From NCBI RefSeq assembly GCF_036321535.1, contig NC_087437.1, positions 18,478,001 to 18,542,000 of the forward strand: 64,000 nt of DNA, in the 5' to 3' direction. Below, piece after piece: positions 12,241 through 25,620 of the stretch. Made by a program: the position numbers and the translations under genes. Numbering within the stretch: position 1 is the first letter of the stretch; each line of letters begins with the position of its first letter. Below the pieces are notes generated by a model that ran no database searches, was not told where the DNA came from, and worked only from the letters and a program-made list of their open reading frames with translations. The DNA comes from Camelus dromedarius. Lineage: Eukaryota.

Positions 12241-15200
12241 CAAATCATCACTCTGAAAAAAGAGAACAACTTTGTGTAAATACTAAAAAACACTGACTTG
12301 TACACTTTACAAGGGAAAGCATTATGGCATTTGAATTACATCTTAATTTTTTAAAGTGCCATCCTTCAGGGCTTGTAAAAAAAAAAGCATCATCCTTCAG
12401 GGCTTGTCTGCAGCCCTGGAACTTGGAAGAGTTCCACCAGGTACCAAGCACATTCCCACTTCAGGAATTTGTATTTGGTGTTTTTTCTGCCGAGCACATT
12501 CTTCCTGCAGAAATACAGTCTCTTTTGTTTCAGTCTCCATTCAGGTGTCCTTTTGTCTGAGATGTCTTCCCTCCACTAGTACCCACTCCGCCCCTGTCAC
12601 TTCTGTCCCTCTGCCCAACTCTTTGTCTTTACTCTACGTTTTACTGTTGAACATAAATTTATATGTGTTCAGTGTGTTTTATTTGTTTGAGTGGTTGTCA
12701 CTCCCCACTAAAATATAAATTTATGAGAGCAGAGACTTTATTTTATTTACTGCCCTATCATCAGCATCTAGAATACTGCTGGGCTCACAGTAGGTCCTCA
12801 GTACATGTCTGTGGAATGAATGAATAAGTGAGTCCTGAACTGTATATGTGCAACCACAGCTTTGATGTGCTCACTATATTATTTGCTAACTCACGTCAAA
12901 ATATGCATAACAATTAAAGTTAAAAACTTAACGTTTACTCACTTTCTAAAATCATCTCATGCATGCACTATAAGATAAACTGAGTTACAGAAATATAGAC
13001 AGTTTCTTTACTGCAGGCCTTGAAAGAACCTTCAATATACAAACAGCTGTTGGAAATATATTAAAAGGATATATGATCCTTAGGGTTTCTCAAAGGACCA
13101 TTTTTGCACATCATTCTGAGCTATTTCTATAGAAAACATTCTGAAAAACACTGCATAATGCATGTAAGAGAGTATCATCATGCCTGGTACATCGCTGGAG
13201 CTCAGTAAGTATTCTTTCTCTCTACATCCATGTTAACCTCTCTAACTTTTTAAAAGTAACTTTGGGTATTAGAGTATCCAAACTTGTTTCTAAAAAGAAG
13301 TTTTTTTTTTTTTCCTTAAGTGGTGTTAGGAAGATTTAGGGGTAACGCTGATCACCGTGGAGGCAGGGAGGGGAGCCTGGCCTTGGCACCACTTTATAAG
13401 CGCGAATCTGCAGAGCTTGTGTTCTGAAGCTCCCGGGCTCCCCCGAGGTGCTGCGCCTCTGAACCTGCCACCAGAATCAGGCCTGATTTAGGGCATCACC
13501 CTTCCAGGCCCACCTCGGGAGTAGATGCTGGATTCCCAGATTAGCACACTTCCCCACTCAGTTAGGTCTTGTATTAAGAAAAGGAAGACTTAGAGCATTA
13601 TAGCTAAATACTAATTAGCTGGCATTTAAAAAGATGTCCCATATTTGGGGAACTTTAATCAAAGGCTGGTTGTATTTAGGCTTGGGTGTAACTCTGACCC
13701 CTACTGGGGCTGAACTCCTCTGGGGTGGTTTGCAGCCCTGGGATGGACGGGACTTTCCCTGACATCTGGCTTCTCTGGAGGCCGCAGCATCCTGGGCGAG
13801 GTGCTAAGCCTGGGACGCCTGCCAAGTGCTCTGAACTCTGGGGTTTCTCTTCTTCCAAACTCAGAAAGAACAAATACATGGCAGCTTGATAATGATGATG
13901 AAGAGGAGGAAGCAATCACGATATGTGTTGGGCAGTTACCGTGTGGGAGGCCTGTACCTCTCTAGAAGTAAAGCTCAGAGTTTCACACAGCTAGCAGTGA
14001 TTTCAGCTCCCTTGTCTTCTGTACTCTCCATGGGTCTGGCCGGTTGGGAAGACCTTCTCCCTCCTTGTGCAGTGATCCCTGTGCCTCTGAGGATGGAGTT
14101 GAAATCCCAGGGAGGAGTGGGTGTGGCCTGGATTAGCAGGATCAACGACACAGTCCCCTGTCCCTCTGGCTTCTCACCCGAGGTCTTCAGGAGGCCAGGG
14201 GCTCCAGTTCTGGGCTGAATCTCAGAGCAGAGATGCTTAAGCTTGCTCAAGGAGGCCTTTTCTGTGCACATGAGCACACAGATATCTGCTCCAGTCTCTG
14301 CTTTCACTTGTTTCGTCTTGGAGTTCTTGCATGCCTGTTTTTTTCTGTAAGCTTGAGCCAGAAGGCTCCTGAGCTCCATGGTATCAGCCCCCTCACTCTA
14401 CACCCGAGGAAACTGCAGTGCACGTGGAGAAGTGACTTGCCAGGGTCAGGCCCAGCTAGAGGTGGAGCCAGGCCCAGGCCTCCTGACTTGACCAAACACG
14501 GCCCCTCCTGTCAGCCTGCCTCCTCCTCTGGCCCAAGCCTCAGGCCTGCAGGATAGGTTGACCAGGTCCTCTGCCCACTGACACCCTGGGCCTCCCCACT
14601 CCTATGGCTGCCAGCCGCACCCTCTGCCCAGCCGGTCTCTGCAAGCTTGCATCTTTCCTCCATCAACAGATGGACGCCGCTTCCCACCTAGGGACTCTCG
14701 GGTCCCGCTCTGCAGCCACTCTATGCCCCGTAAGGGCTCAGTCTCTGCAAAGAGCAAAAGCCTTTGCTCCCCTCCTGCACCCTCAGAAGCTGGGATGTTT
14801 CCACCCTGGCTTCTGCCCAAATGGCAGACACAAGTGCTGTTGTCTTCACAGAGGGGCCTGGACTGGCTTTTCCCCGAACTTGAATCCACATTCTCTCTGG
14901 GGAAGAGGAGTGGAGAGGGACTCAGGGAGGGCAGCGAGAGGACAGGAACACTTACTGAGAGTTCTTCTCTGAGCTGGGGGCTTCACACGGTGGGCTGTAT
15001 GCTCAGCAGCCCTTAGGCCAACTTCAGAGTAGGCCCTTTCCCGTGGCCCCAAAGAGGGGGTGCAGGCAAGCTGGCCAGCCTCTCTCCCGTCCTTCCCTTT
15101 TCCTGCAGACAGTGACATGGGAGGAGTTTCCCTCTTTCTTTTCCTTTATGAGGGAGTGTGGCCTCTGGCCTGACAATATGCAACCCAGCCCCTGAAGCCT

Positions 15201-16455
15201 CTGCCTGACCTTTTATCTTGGTCCCAGCAGCCATCGCTGCTTGAGTGCTTCCAGTAACGGGGAGCTCACTGATCTCCAAGGTGCCTGGGGCAGTGCTGGC
15301 CTGTGCAAAGCCCGTCCTTACACTGAGACCAGCTCTGCCTCCCAGACCCACTTTTCCTACTGCCCCTCTGCCCTCAGCAATGTTAGAGGTTACTGCTAAC
15401 TTTTCTCGAAGGCCAGACCCTGTGCTAAGGGCTTCACAGGGATTGTTCTCTTTCATCCTTGTAGCAGTTCTGCTCAGTGGAGATCAGTGTCTTCCCTCTG
15501 CAGGTGAGTACGGCTGCTCCTCAGCTGGTACGTACCAGTGTTACTGGACTGGGGCTAAAATGGTGAGATACTTCTGTGCCACTGGAAAATTGCTGCCTCA
15601 CTGCCACCCTGTCCCCCCAAGAGCCCTGCCCCAAGAACCCAGCCCTCCTGCTCCCACACCTGTCCAGCAGCCCTTGGATTGGTCAGGCCCCTGCAGGCGT
15701 GGGAACTAAGACTCAGAGAGGTGAAATAACATATCCAAGGTCACACAGCTGAGTAACACTCCAGTCCCTCTCATCCCAAAGCCGAGGATATCTTGCTCTG
15801 TGCTCACCTTGGTCCACTAGCCAGCCTGGGAGCTGAGGGAGCGGCCATCGGCCAGTGATCTGGAGTCAGCTCAGCAGGGCTGAGTAATGAAAGTACCAGT
15901 GCATCATGCACCCTCCAAAGTCACAACACAGCCGGGGTCATCCTGAGCTTGTCGGCACCCTAAACTGCCCGTGGCTTTCTTCTTACTCACTCTGCTGACA
16001 ACCAGGTCCTATACTTCTGCAGTTAATTTTGGGTTTTGCCCTGATTTCAGCCCAGTCAGTAGGTTTGCAGTCTCACCTGTCTGTCCTTGTGTTGGGTGAT
16101 GCTACCAGCTCCAGGCCCCAGGTCCAAGTGACTAGGGGTGTCTCTGGACCGAGACCACGTGCCCTCATTCGTGGGGTCTGTGTCCCAAATGGGATATAGC
16201 CTCATCATTATTGCAAAGAATAAGTGAAACATTATAACTTGTAAGCTCCTTGAGGAGAGAGGCTTTGTCCATCATTGTATCTTTGGTGCCAGCGGCTTAG
16301 TTACTGTTCTTGAGTGAGTGAGGGAATCCAGCACCATGTGAAGCTTAGCAGAGTCAGCCTCAGCAGATGATCTTGTTGTTAGGATTGTTCTAATATGATT
16401 TATATTACTATTTAGGAGGGTGGCTTGGTGCTTTCAAGATTAGGTCCCATCAGCA

Positions 16456-16551
16456 GGATGGGTATAGCTCAGTGATCGAGCACATGCTTAGCATGCACAA
16501 GGTCCTGGGTTCAATCCCCAGTTCCTCCGTTAAAAAAAAGAAAAAAAAAAA
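16456..16551 (+). mobile_element. tRNA-Ala-derived camelid SINE
   Basis: gggtatagctcagtg...ggtcctgggttcaatccccag followed by an A tail. Confidence 0.88.
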
Positions 16552-16696
16552 GAGGTCCTGTTGCCTGTGCAGATGAGCCGTTGACCCATCTGCCCCACCT
16601 GGGGACGTCCAGAGTAGGCTTGACCCTGGACTTGGAGCTGTCACCCCTCCCCTCCAGTGATGTGTGGATTGGTCCCCGAGATTTATGTATGTGGGT

Positions 16697-18330
16697 GTGT
16701 TCATTAGTTCATTCTGTAAATACTGTTGGGTACCTGGTTCTCTTTTGGGCCTTGAAGGTACAGCAGTTGTCAAAGTCAAGTCCCTGCTCTCATGAAGCTT
16801 CTGGTAGAATGGGGAGACAGAGCATAAACAACTACGTGATGTGTCAGGCAGTGATAACTGCTGTGAAGAAGAATACAGCAAGGTAGAGGAAACAGACGGG
16901 GAGGAAGAGGTTGCTATCTTATCTACACTGATCAGGGATAGCCTTCCTGGTAAGGTGATGTCAGAACAGAGACCTAAAGGACAAAGCTGTTTCTGTACCT
17001 GGGGGAAGAGAGTCTTGGCCAGAGAATCAGGTGCAAAGGCCCTGAGACAGGGGTGTGGGTGGTCTGTCTGGGGAACAGTTAGGGGGCCAAGGCGCAGAGG
17101 AAGTGAGAGAGTGGAAGTGAGATAGCTGGGGGCAGTCATCTTCTAGGGCCTTGGAGAGAAATAGGAAGTCATTGGAGGGTTTTGAACAGAGGAGGAAAGT
17201 GGTCTGACTGATGTTTAAAAGGGTCGCTCTGGCTGTGGTGTGGACCACAGGGGAACCAGGGCAGATCTAGGGAGACCAGATAAGAGGCTCCTGATGGTGA
17301 CTAGGGCACCGGTAAAGGAGGTAGTGAGAAGGAGTTAGATCTTGGATGTATTTTAAGGAGAAAACAGCAGATTTTGTTGATGGAGTGTGTGGGAAGGGGT
17401 CGGGGTAAGAGAGAGAAGAGGCTTTGGCCTGGACAACTGGTAGAATAAAGTTCTGTTTATCAAGATGAGGAAGACTGGGAAAAGCAAGTCTAAGGGGAAA
17501 ATCAAGAGTGTAATTCTGGACCCATTAAATATGGATGCTTTTCACACATACAGATAGAAGTCAAGCCAGCAGCTGGGTGTCTGAGTCTGGAGTCAGGGGA
17601 GATGTGCAGCCTGGAGTTGGAAATGTGGGAGTCACCGTGAAAAGCCATGAGACAAGAGCTCTCTGAGGAAGGGAACATGGTGAGAGAAGGGGTCCCAGCA
17701 CAGAGCATGGGGACCCACCGGTGTTCAGAGGGTGACTAGGATCAGAGCAGGACCAGTCTCTGTGGTGGGAGAAGAGATCCCAACGCCGAGTGCAGAAGTC
17801 TCTTCAAAAGGGCAGGAGCCGTCGAGCACATCAGATGCTGGCCAGTGGCCTGTGGGATGAGGACTGCCAAGTCCCCGCTGATTTAGTGACTTGACAAGAT
17901 CAGCTTTAATAGAGTGGTCTGATTACAGTGGGTTCGAGAGAGAGTGGAGGAGAGGAGGGAAGGGCAGGCAGTGAGGACAGACAAGTCAAGGAGCGTGGCT
18001 GTGAAGAGGACCAAAGAAATGGACAGTAGCTGGAAGATGTGAGGTCAAGGGGGGGAGGGTTTTTATTTTTAACTTTTGGGACTTTATTTTTATTTGCTTG
18101 TTTTTTAAGATGAGAGAAGTTTTGCCACATTTATATACTGATGGAAATGAACCAATAGAGAGAGAAATGGAAGCTGCAGGAGGAGGAGGGGACAAAATAG
18201 CAGCAGCGTCCTTGCACTGGTGATGGGGACAGAATCCAGGGCACAGCAGGAGGGGACGGGTCTTGGACAGAAGCAGACCCGGTCATCCACTGCAGAGAGG
18301 CAGGTGGAGCATGTGTCTCACAGAAGGGAG
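16697..18330 (-). mobile_element. L2 LINE fragment
   Basis: Typical antisense L2 motifs (gtgcaaaggccctgag, ggagggttttgaacagaggag, ttctgtttatcaagatgagg). Boundaries approximate. Confidence 0.75.
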
Positions 18331-18399
18331 GTGCAGTTTTTTTCCTTCGTACAATTTTTCTTAATTGAGATATAATTCACATGTACAATCTCCCCCTCT

Positions 18400-18495
18400 T
18401 TTTAAAAAAAAAATTTTTAATAGAGGTACTGGGGATTGAACCCAGGACTTCACGCATGCTAAGCACACACTCTACCACTGAGCTGTACCCTCCCC
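18400..18495 (-). mobile_element. tRNA-Ala-derived camelid SINE (antisense)
   Basis: gaggtactggggattgaacccaggac...ctctaccactgagctgtaccctcccc. Confidence 0.88.
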
Positions 18496-18881
18496 TCAAA
18501 TTCCCTCCTTTTAAAGTGTACAGTTCAGGGGCTGATAGTACACACACAACGTTGTGCGATCACAAATTGCCTACTGAGTCACAAATCAGCAATTACTGGA
18601 ATCACCACTGTCTAATCCTCTACATTTTCCTCACCCTCCAAAAAACTCACACCTGTTAGCAGTCATTCTGCCACTCTCCCCTCCACCCAGTCCCTGAACC
18701 ACTCATCTGCTTTCTGCCTTTATGGATTTGCCTGGCCTGGACATTTCCTGTAAATGGACTCATATAATATGTGACCTTTGTGCCTGGCTTCTTTCACTTA
18801 GCACAGTGCTTTCAAGGTTCATCCATGTCGTAGCGTGTGTCAGGATGTCATTCCTTTTTATGTGTGAATCATATTCTAGTG

Positions 18882-19767
18882 CAGTTGATGCTTGAACAAT
18901 GTTGGGGGTTGAGGATGCCGACCCCCACGCAGTCAAGAATCTGCATATAACTTTTGACCCTCTCAAAACGTAGCTACGGGTATCCTACTGTTGACTGAAG
19001 CCTTATCGATAACATAAAGGTGATTAACACAGATTTTGTGTGTTATGTGTATTATATACTGTGTTCTTTATAAAGAAAGCTATTGAAGAAAAAATGTTAT
19101 TAAGCAAATCATAAGGAAGAGAAAATACATTCACTGGACTGTAGTGTATTTATCAATACCATAAATTTATGTCATCTTTTACAAGATGAATGGTCTGTCT
19201 GTTAGTGCCTACATCAATATTGTCTTATGGGATACAAGACACTGTAAATGTTATTATATGTGTTACTAACACTAGACATCAAAATGAAAGGACAATATGA
19301 AAAAGTAATTAATATTTATGCACAGGTACAATGATTCATTTGTCAGTAAGTGATGTGGTTGCTTCGTGGTAGCCCAGCCTATAAACTAATGAATGAATCA
19401 TTAAAAGATTTTTATGATGTACAGTATTATAGTCATATTCACGGTACAGTATTGGAAACACTATTACATGTTTTTAAAAACCACTTTCTTGTGATGATAG
19501 ACCGATACACATTTTCTCCAGTTACGAGAGAGAGAGAGGTGTGCTGTAGGGTAATTCTTTGAAAGCAAAGTTATGAAACAGTAAGAAAACGAACACATTA
19601 TTAAATTTAAATATCACTCACTTTATGCCTAATGTAAGGAGAGTCCATTTGCATCAGTGCAAGTCTTGCACACAAGATTTCACACGTATATTTTTGTGTG
19701 GGTATTGAAAAAAGTCCCGTACAAATGGACCTGCAAGTTCAAACCTGTGCTGTTCAAGGGTCGGCTG
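18882..19767. mobile_element. Tigger2-family (TcMar) non-autonomous DNA transposon with both TIRs
   Basis: Left cagttgatgcttgaacaa; right ctgttcaagggtcggctg (reverse complement cagccgacccttgaacag); L1 sequence resumes on both sides. Confidence 0.85.
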
Positions 19768-22700
19768 TTTATGGAGAGGCCACATTGTGATTATCCAGTC
19801 ATCAGTCAGTGGGCATTTGGGTTGTTTCCACTTTGGGCTGTTATGAATAATGCTGCTGTGGACATTCGTGTGCGAGTTTTTGTGCAGACGTGTGTTTTCA
19901 CGTCTCTTGGGTCCATCCCTGGGAGTGGGATTGCCGGGCCGTGTGGTGTCTGTTTCACACTTTGGGAGCTGCCAGACAGCTCTCCCTCCCTCACCTGCGG
20001 TGTACGGGGCTTCCGCTGGCTCTGAAGCAGGTGGACTTGGAGGCTTGTGGAGTTTCTCGCCTGATGATCTGTTTCAGATCCAGAGCTGGGAGTGGAGGCT
20101 GGAGGCAGGGCGGTGGTGGGAGACGGTGGCCCTGGAGGGAAGTGACTGGGTACAGTGTGTTTAGATCTGTCGGGTGCTCTAAGGTTGCCCTGGGAGAGAG
20201 TGCTCAGGACTTTGAAGGAAGCCAGGCCAGCACAGCCGAGCTGTCTCCTCCTAGTTCCACGTGGCTGCCCAGGGGCAGGGGTGGAGGAGGTGGAGAATTT
20301 GGGGTAACCAGGTAGGGGTGGGAGTAGGAGGCATAGCCTCCGGGCCTTTGTCTTCCAGCTCTGCACACCTCAGATGTTCTGTCCTCACCCCCTCTCTTCA
20401 CGGGCCTTGGGGACATTGCGGCTGAATCCCCACTCAGGGACAGGCCAGGACCCAGACACACTTGGGTTCAAATCGTGCCTCTGCTGGCCACTAGCTGTAG
20501 GAGCCTGAGCAGGTCACAAGCCTGCCCTGCCTCAGTTTCTTCCCGTGAAAAATGCTCCCCCTGCCCCAGGGGTTGTGAGGTGGAAATGGGGTCACTGGCC
20601 ACTGCTTCCCTCCCTGTTCCTCCCCATTGCCAGGCCCTTCCCAGGCCCCCATCTGTCTCTTGAATGCTCCTGGGTTCCCGGTTACACAGGTGAGACCCCT
20701 TGCTGCTCCTTCCTGTTTCTTCTCTTCCATCCCTAAGAGTGACATTGTGGTGGGGGCAGGACCGGGCTTCTCTAAGTATCCCCCAAAACCACAGACCATC
20801 TCCCTGAAAGGATGTACACCCACACATGTAATGTGCATCCATCAAGTCAGGGGATCTGTGGGCCTCATGGAAACATATCCCAAGAGCGCCTCCCCCCAAC
20901 CCCAGCTGCAGTAGTGTGACCTCGAGAACTAGCGTCCCCTTGGGCTGGTGGCCAGCACTTCTCCCCTGAAGTGTCTTGAAGTCAGCAAGTCAAGGCTGGG
21001 GCCGCTGCCAGAGGGAATCGCCAGAGAGCCAGCTGGCTCCGCCACGGGACCTTAGCCCCCTCCCCCTTAGAGAGTGCCCAGCGGCCTGGCTCCCTGCACT
21101 GGGCCAGCGCTCCCAGAAGGAGAAAGCATCCCTTTTTCTGGGACCAGTGCATGGTCAGTGCATCCTGCCCTCTGCCCAGCACCCAGCCTATCCCATCCAC
21201 ACCCTCACCTAGAAAAGGGAGCCCTCATTACTATTGATCCTCAGCTAGGTGGCATTTTTAAAATTTGAGTCTTTTCCTAGGAGGAGCACCGGCTTTGCTC
21301 CCTAACTGTCGTGTGAAATGGGCGCCGTCGCTCCTGCCTCCCATGATGGGCCTGTGGTTGGGAGCAGGTATAGAAAACACCAGGCATGGTCCTTGGAGGC
21401 ATATTGTCTCTAGAAATGATCATCTCTCTTGTTTCATATTCCAGAACCCTTACTTCACCCTGATGGGTGAGTTACAGGACTTTAAAAGTCAGTTTTTAGT
21501 AGCTTCCCCTACAGCTGGCGTGGGCTGTCTGAACCCAGTAACTACATTTCCTGTAGCGTACGTGTGGTCTGTCCAGTCATTCTGCAAGTATTTGATAAAC
21601 GCTTGTTGGGTGCTGAAGCTTTTGGGGGACCCAGGGAGTCAAAGCTAGACTCCCACCCTCTGGGGCTCCACCGCCTGGTGGGGAGCTGAGCTGGGCCTAG
21701 AGGCACAGGCTTGGAGGAACCCACCCACACCACGCACAATGGGAATGATTCAGAGATAAGGTCAGAGGCTAGGGAGCTCAGGAGAGGAGGGGGGCTACAG
21801 CCCTGCTGGAGGGCAGAGGGGAACCCCGGAGGAGAGGGCATTATAGTTGGAGGTCATGCCTTGGGCAAAGGCCTGGAACCAAGGCACAGCCCAGCCAGAT
21901 ATCCTCTGGTTGAAGCAAACAGCCTGGACGAGCTAAGGCAATTGAAGTGCCCTCCGCCACAGTGTGTGGCCTTGAGCAGATCCCTTTAACTCCCTGGGCC
22001 TCAGTTTTCTAATCTGTACTAGGGGTACAGTAATACCTTCCTTACGAGGCCGTAAAGAGGACAGCAAGGATGCGTGTGTATGAAGCCCCAGCACAGTGTG
22101 TGCTGCCAGTAGGAACACGGTGGGCAGGACTCCTTTTGGCCAAAGAGCTCAGACTGTATCCTGGGCTGCGAGCCAATGTCAGAGTCCCCAGACCCCTTGC
22201 CAGGGTTTGCCTCCCTCTGGGATCCCTGGTGGAGAAGGAAAGAAGGGAAAGGGAGGGGAGGAGGGCTCAGGAGGGACCCGGGCTGGTGCTGCCTCCACGC
22301 TGGCTGCCTGCCTGGGGCCCCATCCACGCCAGCATGCAGGCTTGGCTTCTGGAATCCACAAGATCCAAGAGCAGCCCGGGGTTTCCACTTAAGTCTGGCT
22401 GCCCTGTCTGTCTCTGGGTTTGTGTCAGTCTCTGTCACACACACACGCGCACGCATGCACACACACTGGCAGGACACCTCTCGCAGTGACTAATACTTTC
22501 TGTCTCAGGAGTCCTCCTGCCTTCACATCAGGCATGGGGGATGTGGGCAGAATCATGTTTTTTTTTAAGCAGAGCTGCCCATTTTCTTCAACCCACCCCC
22601 TAGGAAATCTTGGAGGCAGAGCCACTGACAGGGGGCCTGTGACCAGGTGTTTCCTGGTGTATGTGTGGAGGGGAGGGCTGGGAAGGGATAGGCCCCAAAC

Positions 22701-23679
22701 CAGACCAGGCCCAGCTCAGCTCCCACCTCCTCCCTGGTTGCACTGCCCTCCTGGGGCCCAGGGTTTGGAATTTCCAAGGTGTCCTCAACTCTCCTCTCTC
22801 CTCTTGGCCCCCATTCCCTACATTCCTGTGTCCCCAGGTGTCCCCATTCATTCTTTCCTCTCCTTCCAAAACACACTACCTTTGCTTATGCCCTGGTCAC
22901 CTCTGCCCAGGTCCCTCCTCCACCTCTTCACAAGGGTGCTTTTTCAGTCCCCTCCCTCTTTGGCTGCCAAACTCACTCTCCTCCGACTACACCTCTTCCC
23001 TCTCTGAACCTTCAGTAGCTCCCCAGTGTCCACCAAATGCAGACATTTTAGTTCAGACTCCAAGTTCTCAGCCTCTGTTCCCCCTGCCTCCTCTTCCTCC
23101 TGCATCTTCCTAGCATGGACCTTTGTCCCCAGCTCACCAGACTCCTCGCTGCTCTCCTTTCCTTCCTCCAGGCCCTTGCTTCTGCTGTTTCTCTGTCTGG
23201 AAGTCCAGAGAAATGTCAATTTCTCTTCTTCCATGAAGGGCAGGAGAAATGTCCTCTCTTCGCCAGAACCTCCCATTATCCCTCCAAGCTGAAGGGACCC
23301 CACCCCTTCTCTAGATGTCCGATAGTACGAGTCACTGTCTGTCCTGTGTTTTTTTTTAAGTATCAGCCTAACTAGCCTCTAAGTGCCTTGATAGGGAGAT
23401 GCATCTTATTCTTTAACCGTCCAAAGTCCCAGGTAGCAGAGGGGTAGCTGAGTAAGTGCTGAGACAATAATGGGCAAAGGGATGACTGTACCTCTTAGGG
23501 TCCCACATGCAGGCTGCTTCTGTCCCCCAAAGGTGGGGCGGGCCTGGAAGTCACCACACCCCCACGTGCTATTCCTGTCCAGGTGGTGATTAGGATTATG
23601 CTAGGATCTTACAATGAGCTAGACAGTTCCTCTGTTCTCCTTGTGCTGGAACCATTTGTAGGTTACAAGATTAGCTTTG

Positions 23680-25620
23680 AGCTGCTCGTGGGATAGTTTT
23701 GTCTCTTCAATCTCATTGGTAATTATTGGCCTGTTTCAGTTTCAGATATTTTCTTGAGCCAGTTTTTTTTGTTGTTCCTTTATAGTTGCTTAAATCATCC
23801 ATTTCGTCAAGAGTTGAAAATGTATTGCTATAAAACTGTGTAGTTTTTTCTCACAATATTTATCCATATCCATAGTCATAGGCCTTTTCTCATCCTAAAT
23901 GTCTTTTCTTCTCTGGTAAGAATTTCTAAAGATTTTGGGTTTTTTTTTTTTTTTTTTTTTTGCTTAGTTGGGTTTCCCCCCCCCCCCCCTTTGGTCTTTT
24001 CACAGAATGAGCTTTTGATTCTTAGATATCAACTACTTTTTCCTTCTTCCCATTTTCTTAATTTCTACTTTTATTGATTTCTTCTTTCTTTGGTTTTATT
24101 TTTTCTTCTCTAGCCTCTTAATTTAAAGCTTAGTTGATTTTCAGTCTTCTCTTGTTTCCTGAAGTACATTTAAAGCTGTAATTTTCCTCTGAGTACCTCT
24201 TTGGCCTCAAACCAGAGGGTTATATTATTGTTTATTGTCGTACAGCTGTAAATTGTAATCTCTTTGCTATTCTCTTTAACTGGAGAATTAGGGAGCACTA
24301 TAGCTTTTTAGGCTTTCAAGTGGATAGTTTCTGTTATACTCATGTTTCCATTCACTTCTGATCTTATTACATTATAGGTAAAGAAGGCTCGTATGACTTC
24401 TGCTTTCGGGAATTTGTCAAAATATTTATGGCCTAATATGTGGCCAATTTTTTTGACTGTTTCACGTGTGATTGAAAATACTTATGTTTTGTATATAAAG
24501 TTTGTTCTGTTTCTCCGATTACATTTGTGAATTGTATTATTTAATGATAAATCATTACTTTTGGGGAGCCACCTATTCCATCTTTAAGGACTGTTCAATT
24601 CTCCCACAGTGAGTCTGGAGTTTGTCAATTCCGACCGTTTTAAAAAATCAGTTTTTTACACATACATATTTTTAGGTAACATCTTTATATGCTTGTGACT
24701 CATGACTTTGGCATTTCTTGATCTTGTGCTTTTTCCCATTATAAATACCCTGTTTTGTTCTGTTGGATGCCGTAGCCTTGAATTCTGTTTTGTGGGTGCA
24801 TGTGGCTGGAATATCCTTTTTTATCCTTTCATTTTTCATTCTTTCTGTGTCATTTTGTTTTATATGCGCTTTTTATAGTAGCAAATGGATTTTGTGCTGA
24901 GTATCTCCTTTTAATAGGTAAATTTAACCCATTTGCATTTACTGTTGTTCGTCAGACTTATTTCTGCCATCTTATTTCATGCCTGCTTTCTAAACTTTCT
25001 TATTTTTATAGAGTTTATTTTTGCCTTCCATTGGATTGGTCCCATTTACTTTGTTCTGTTTTTGTTTAATGATTAAGGAGTTTTGAGGTTTCTTTTCCAG
25101 GGGTTGTTCTGTGTACATACGTGTGTGTATACTTGTCTTTTTCTGTCAACATCTGGATGAAATCAGTGTCTTTAGACTCTTCCTAAATGAGGCAAGAACT
25201 TTAGTAATAACTTATTTTTTTCTCAGCTCATACCATCACATATGGATCAGCACAGATTTTAGTTCTAAAGTGTCCTTCATTTTCTTCAAATTGTGTTACA
25301 ATATCTATTTAAACTTACGTCTGAGGTTTTGCTGTTTCCTTTGTCTGCCGCTTCCCACTGTTTATAACATTGCTCACCTTTATCTTTCATGGATCTAATT
25401 TTCACTTTACTGGAGTATATCCTCCAAGAATTCTTTTAGAAAGCATGGATAATATAATTTCTAAGGCCATCAAAGTCTGAAATGACTATCTTTTCCTTCC
25501 TAGAGGGTCCCTTTTGATTTTCAACTCCCGATTGAATTGTTTTGTTTTTTAATTCTGAATGATCATATTTTTAAATATACTAGATTCCTAGTTTTTGTTT
25601 TGGATAATAGACAAAACAAA
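23680..25620 (-). mobile_element. Old, highly diverged L1 (L1ME-like)
   Basis: T-rich antisense L1 motifs (atttaaagctgtaattttcctctgagtac; tttaacccatttgcatttactg). Boundaries approximate. Confidence 0.65.

Larger units (their letters stand above)
18350..20020 (-). mobile_element. L1M 3' end interrupted by a SINE and a Tigger2 element
   Basis: taattgagatataattcac start; minus-strand ORF2 C-terminal peptides (THATTWMNLE; PAIPLPGMDPRD...AALFITAQ). Confidence 0.8.

Noticed and set aside
16456..16530. tRNA-Ala gene (also at 5158, 18400, 32368, 40749, 45870)
   Set aside because: Six mutually diverged copies with A-rich tails and TSD remnants, so they are SINEs rather than tRNA genes.
23940..23989. 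Long T and C homopolymers
   Set aside because: Lie within an old L1; slippage or sequencing error explains them.
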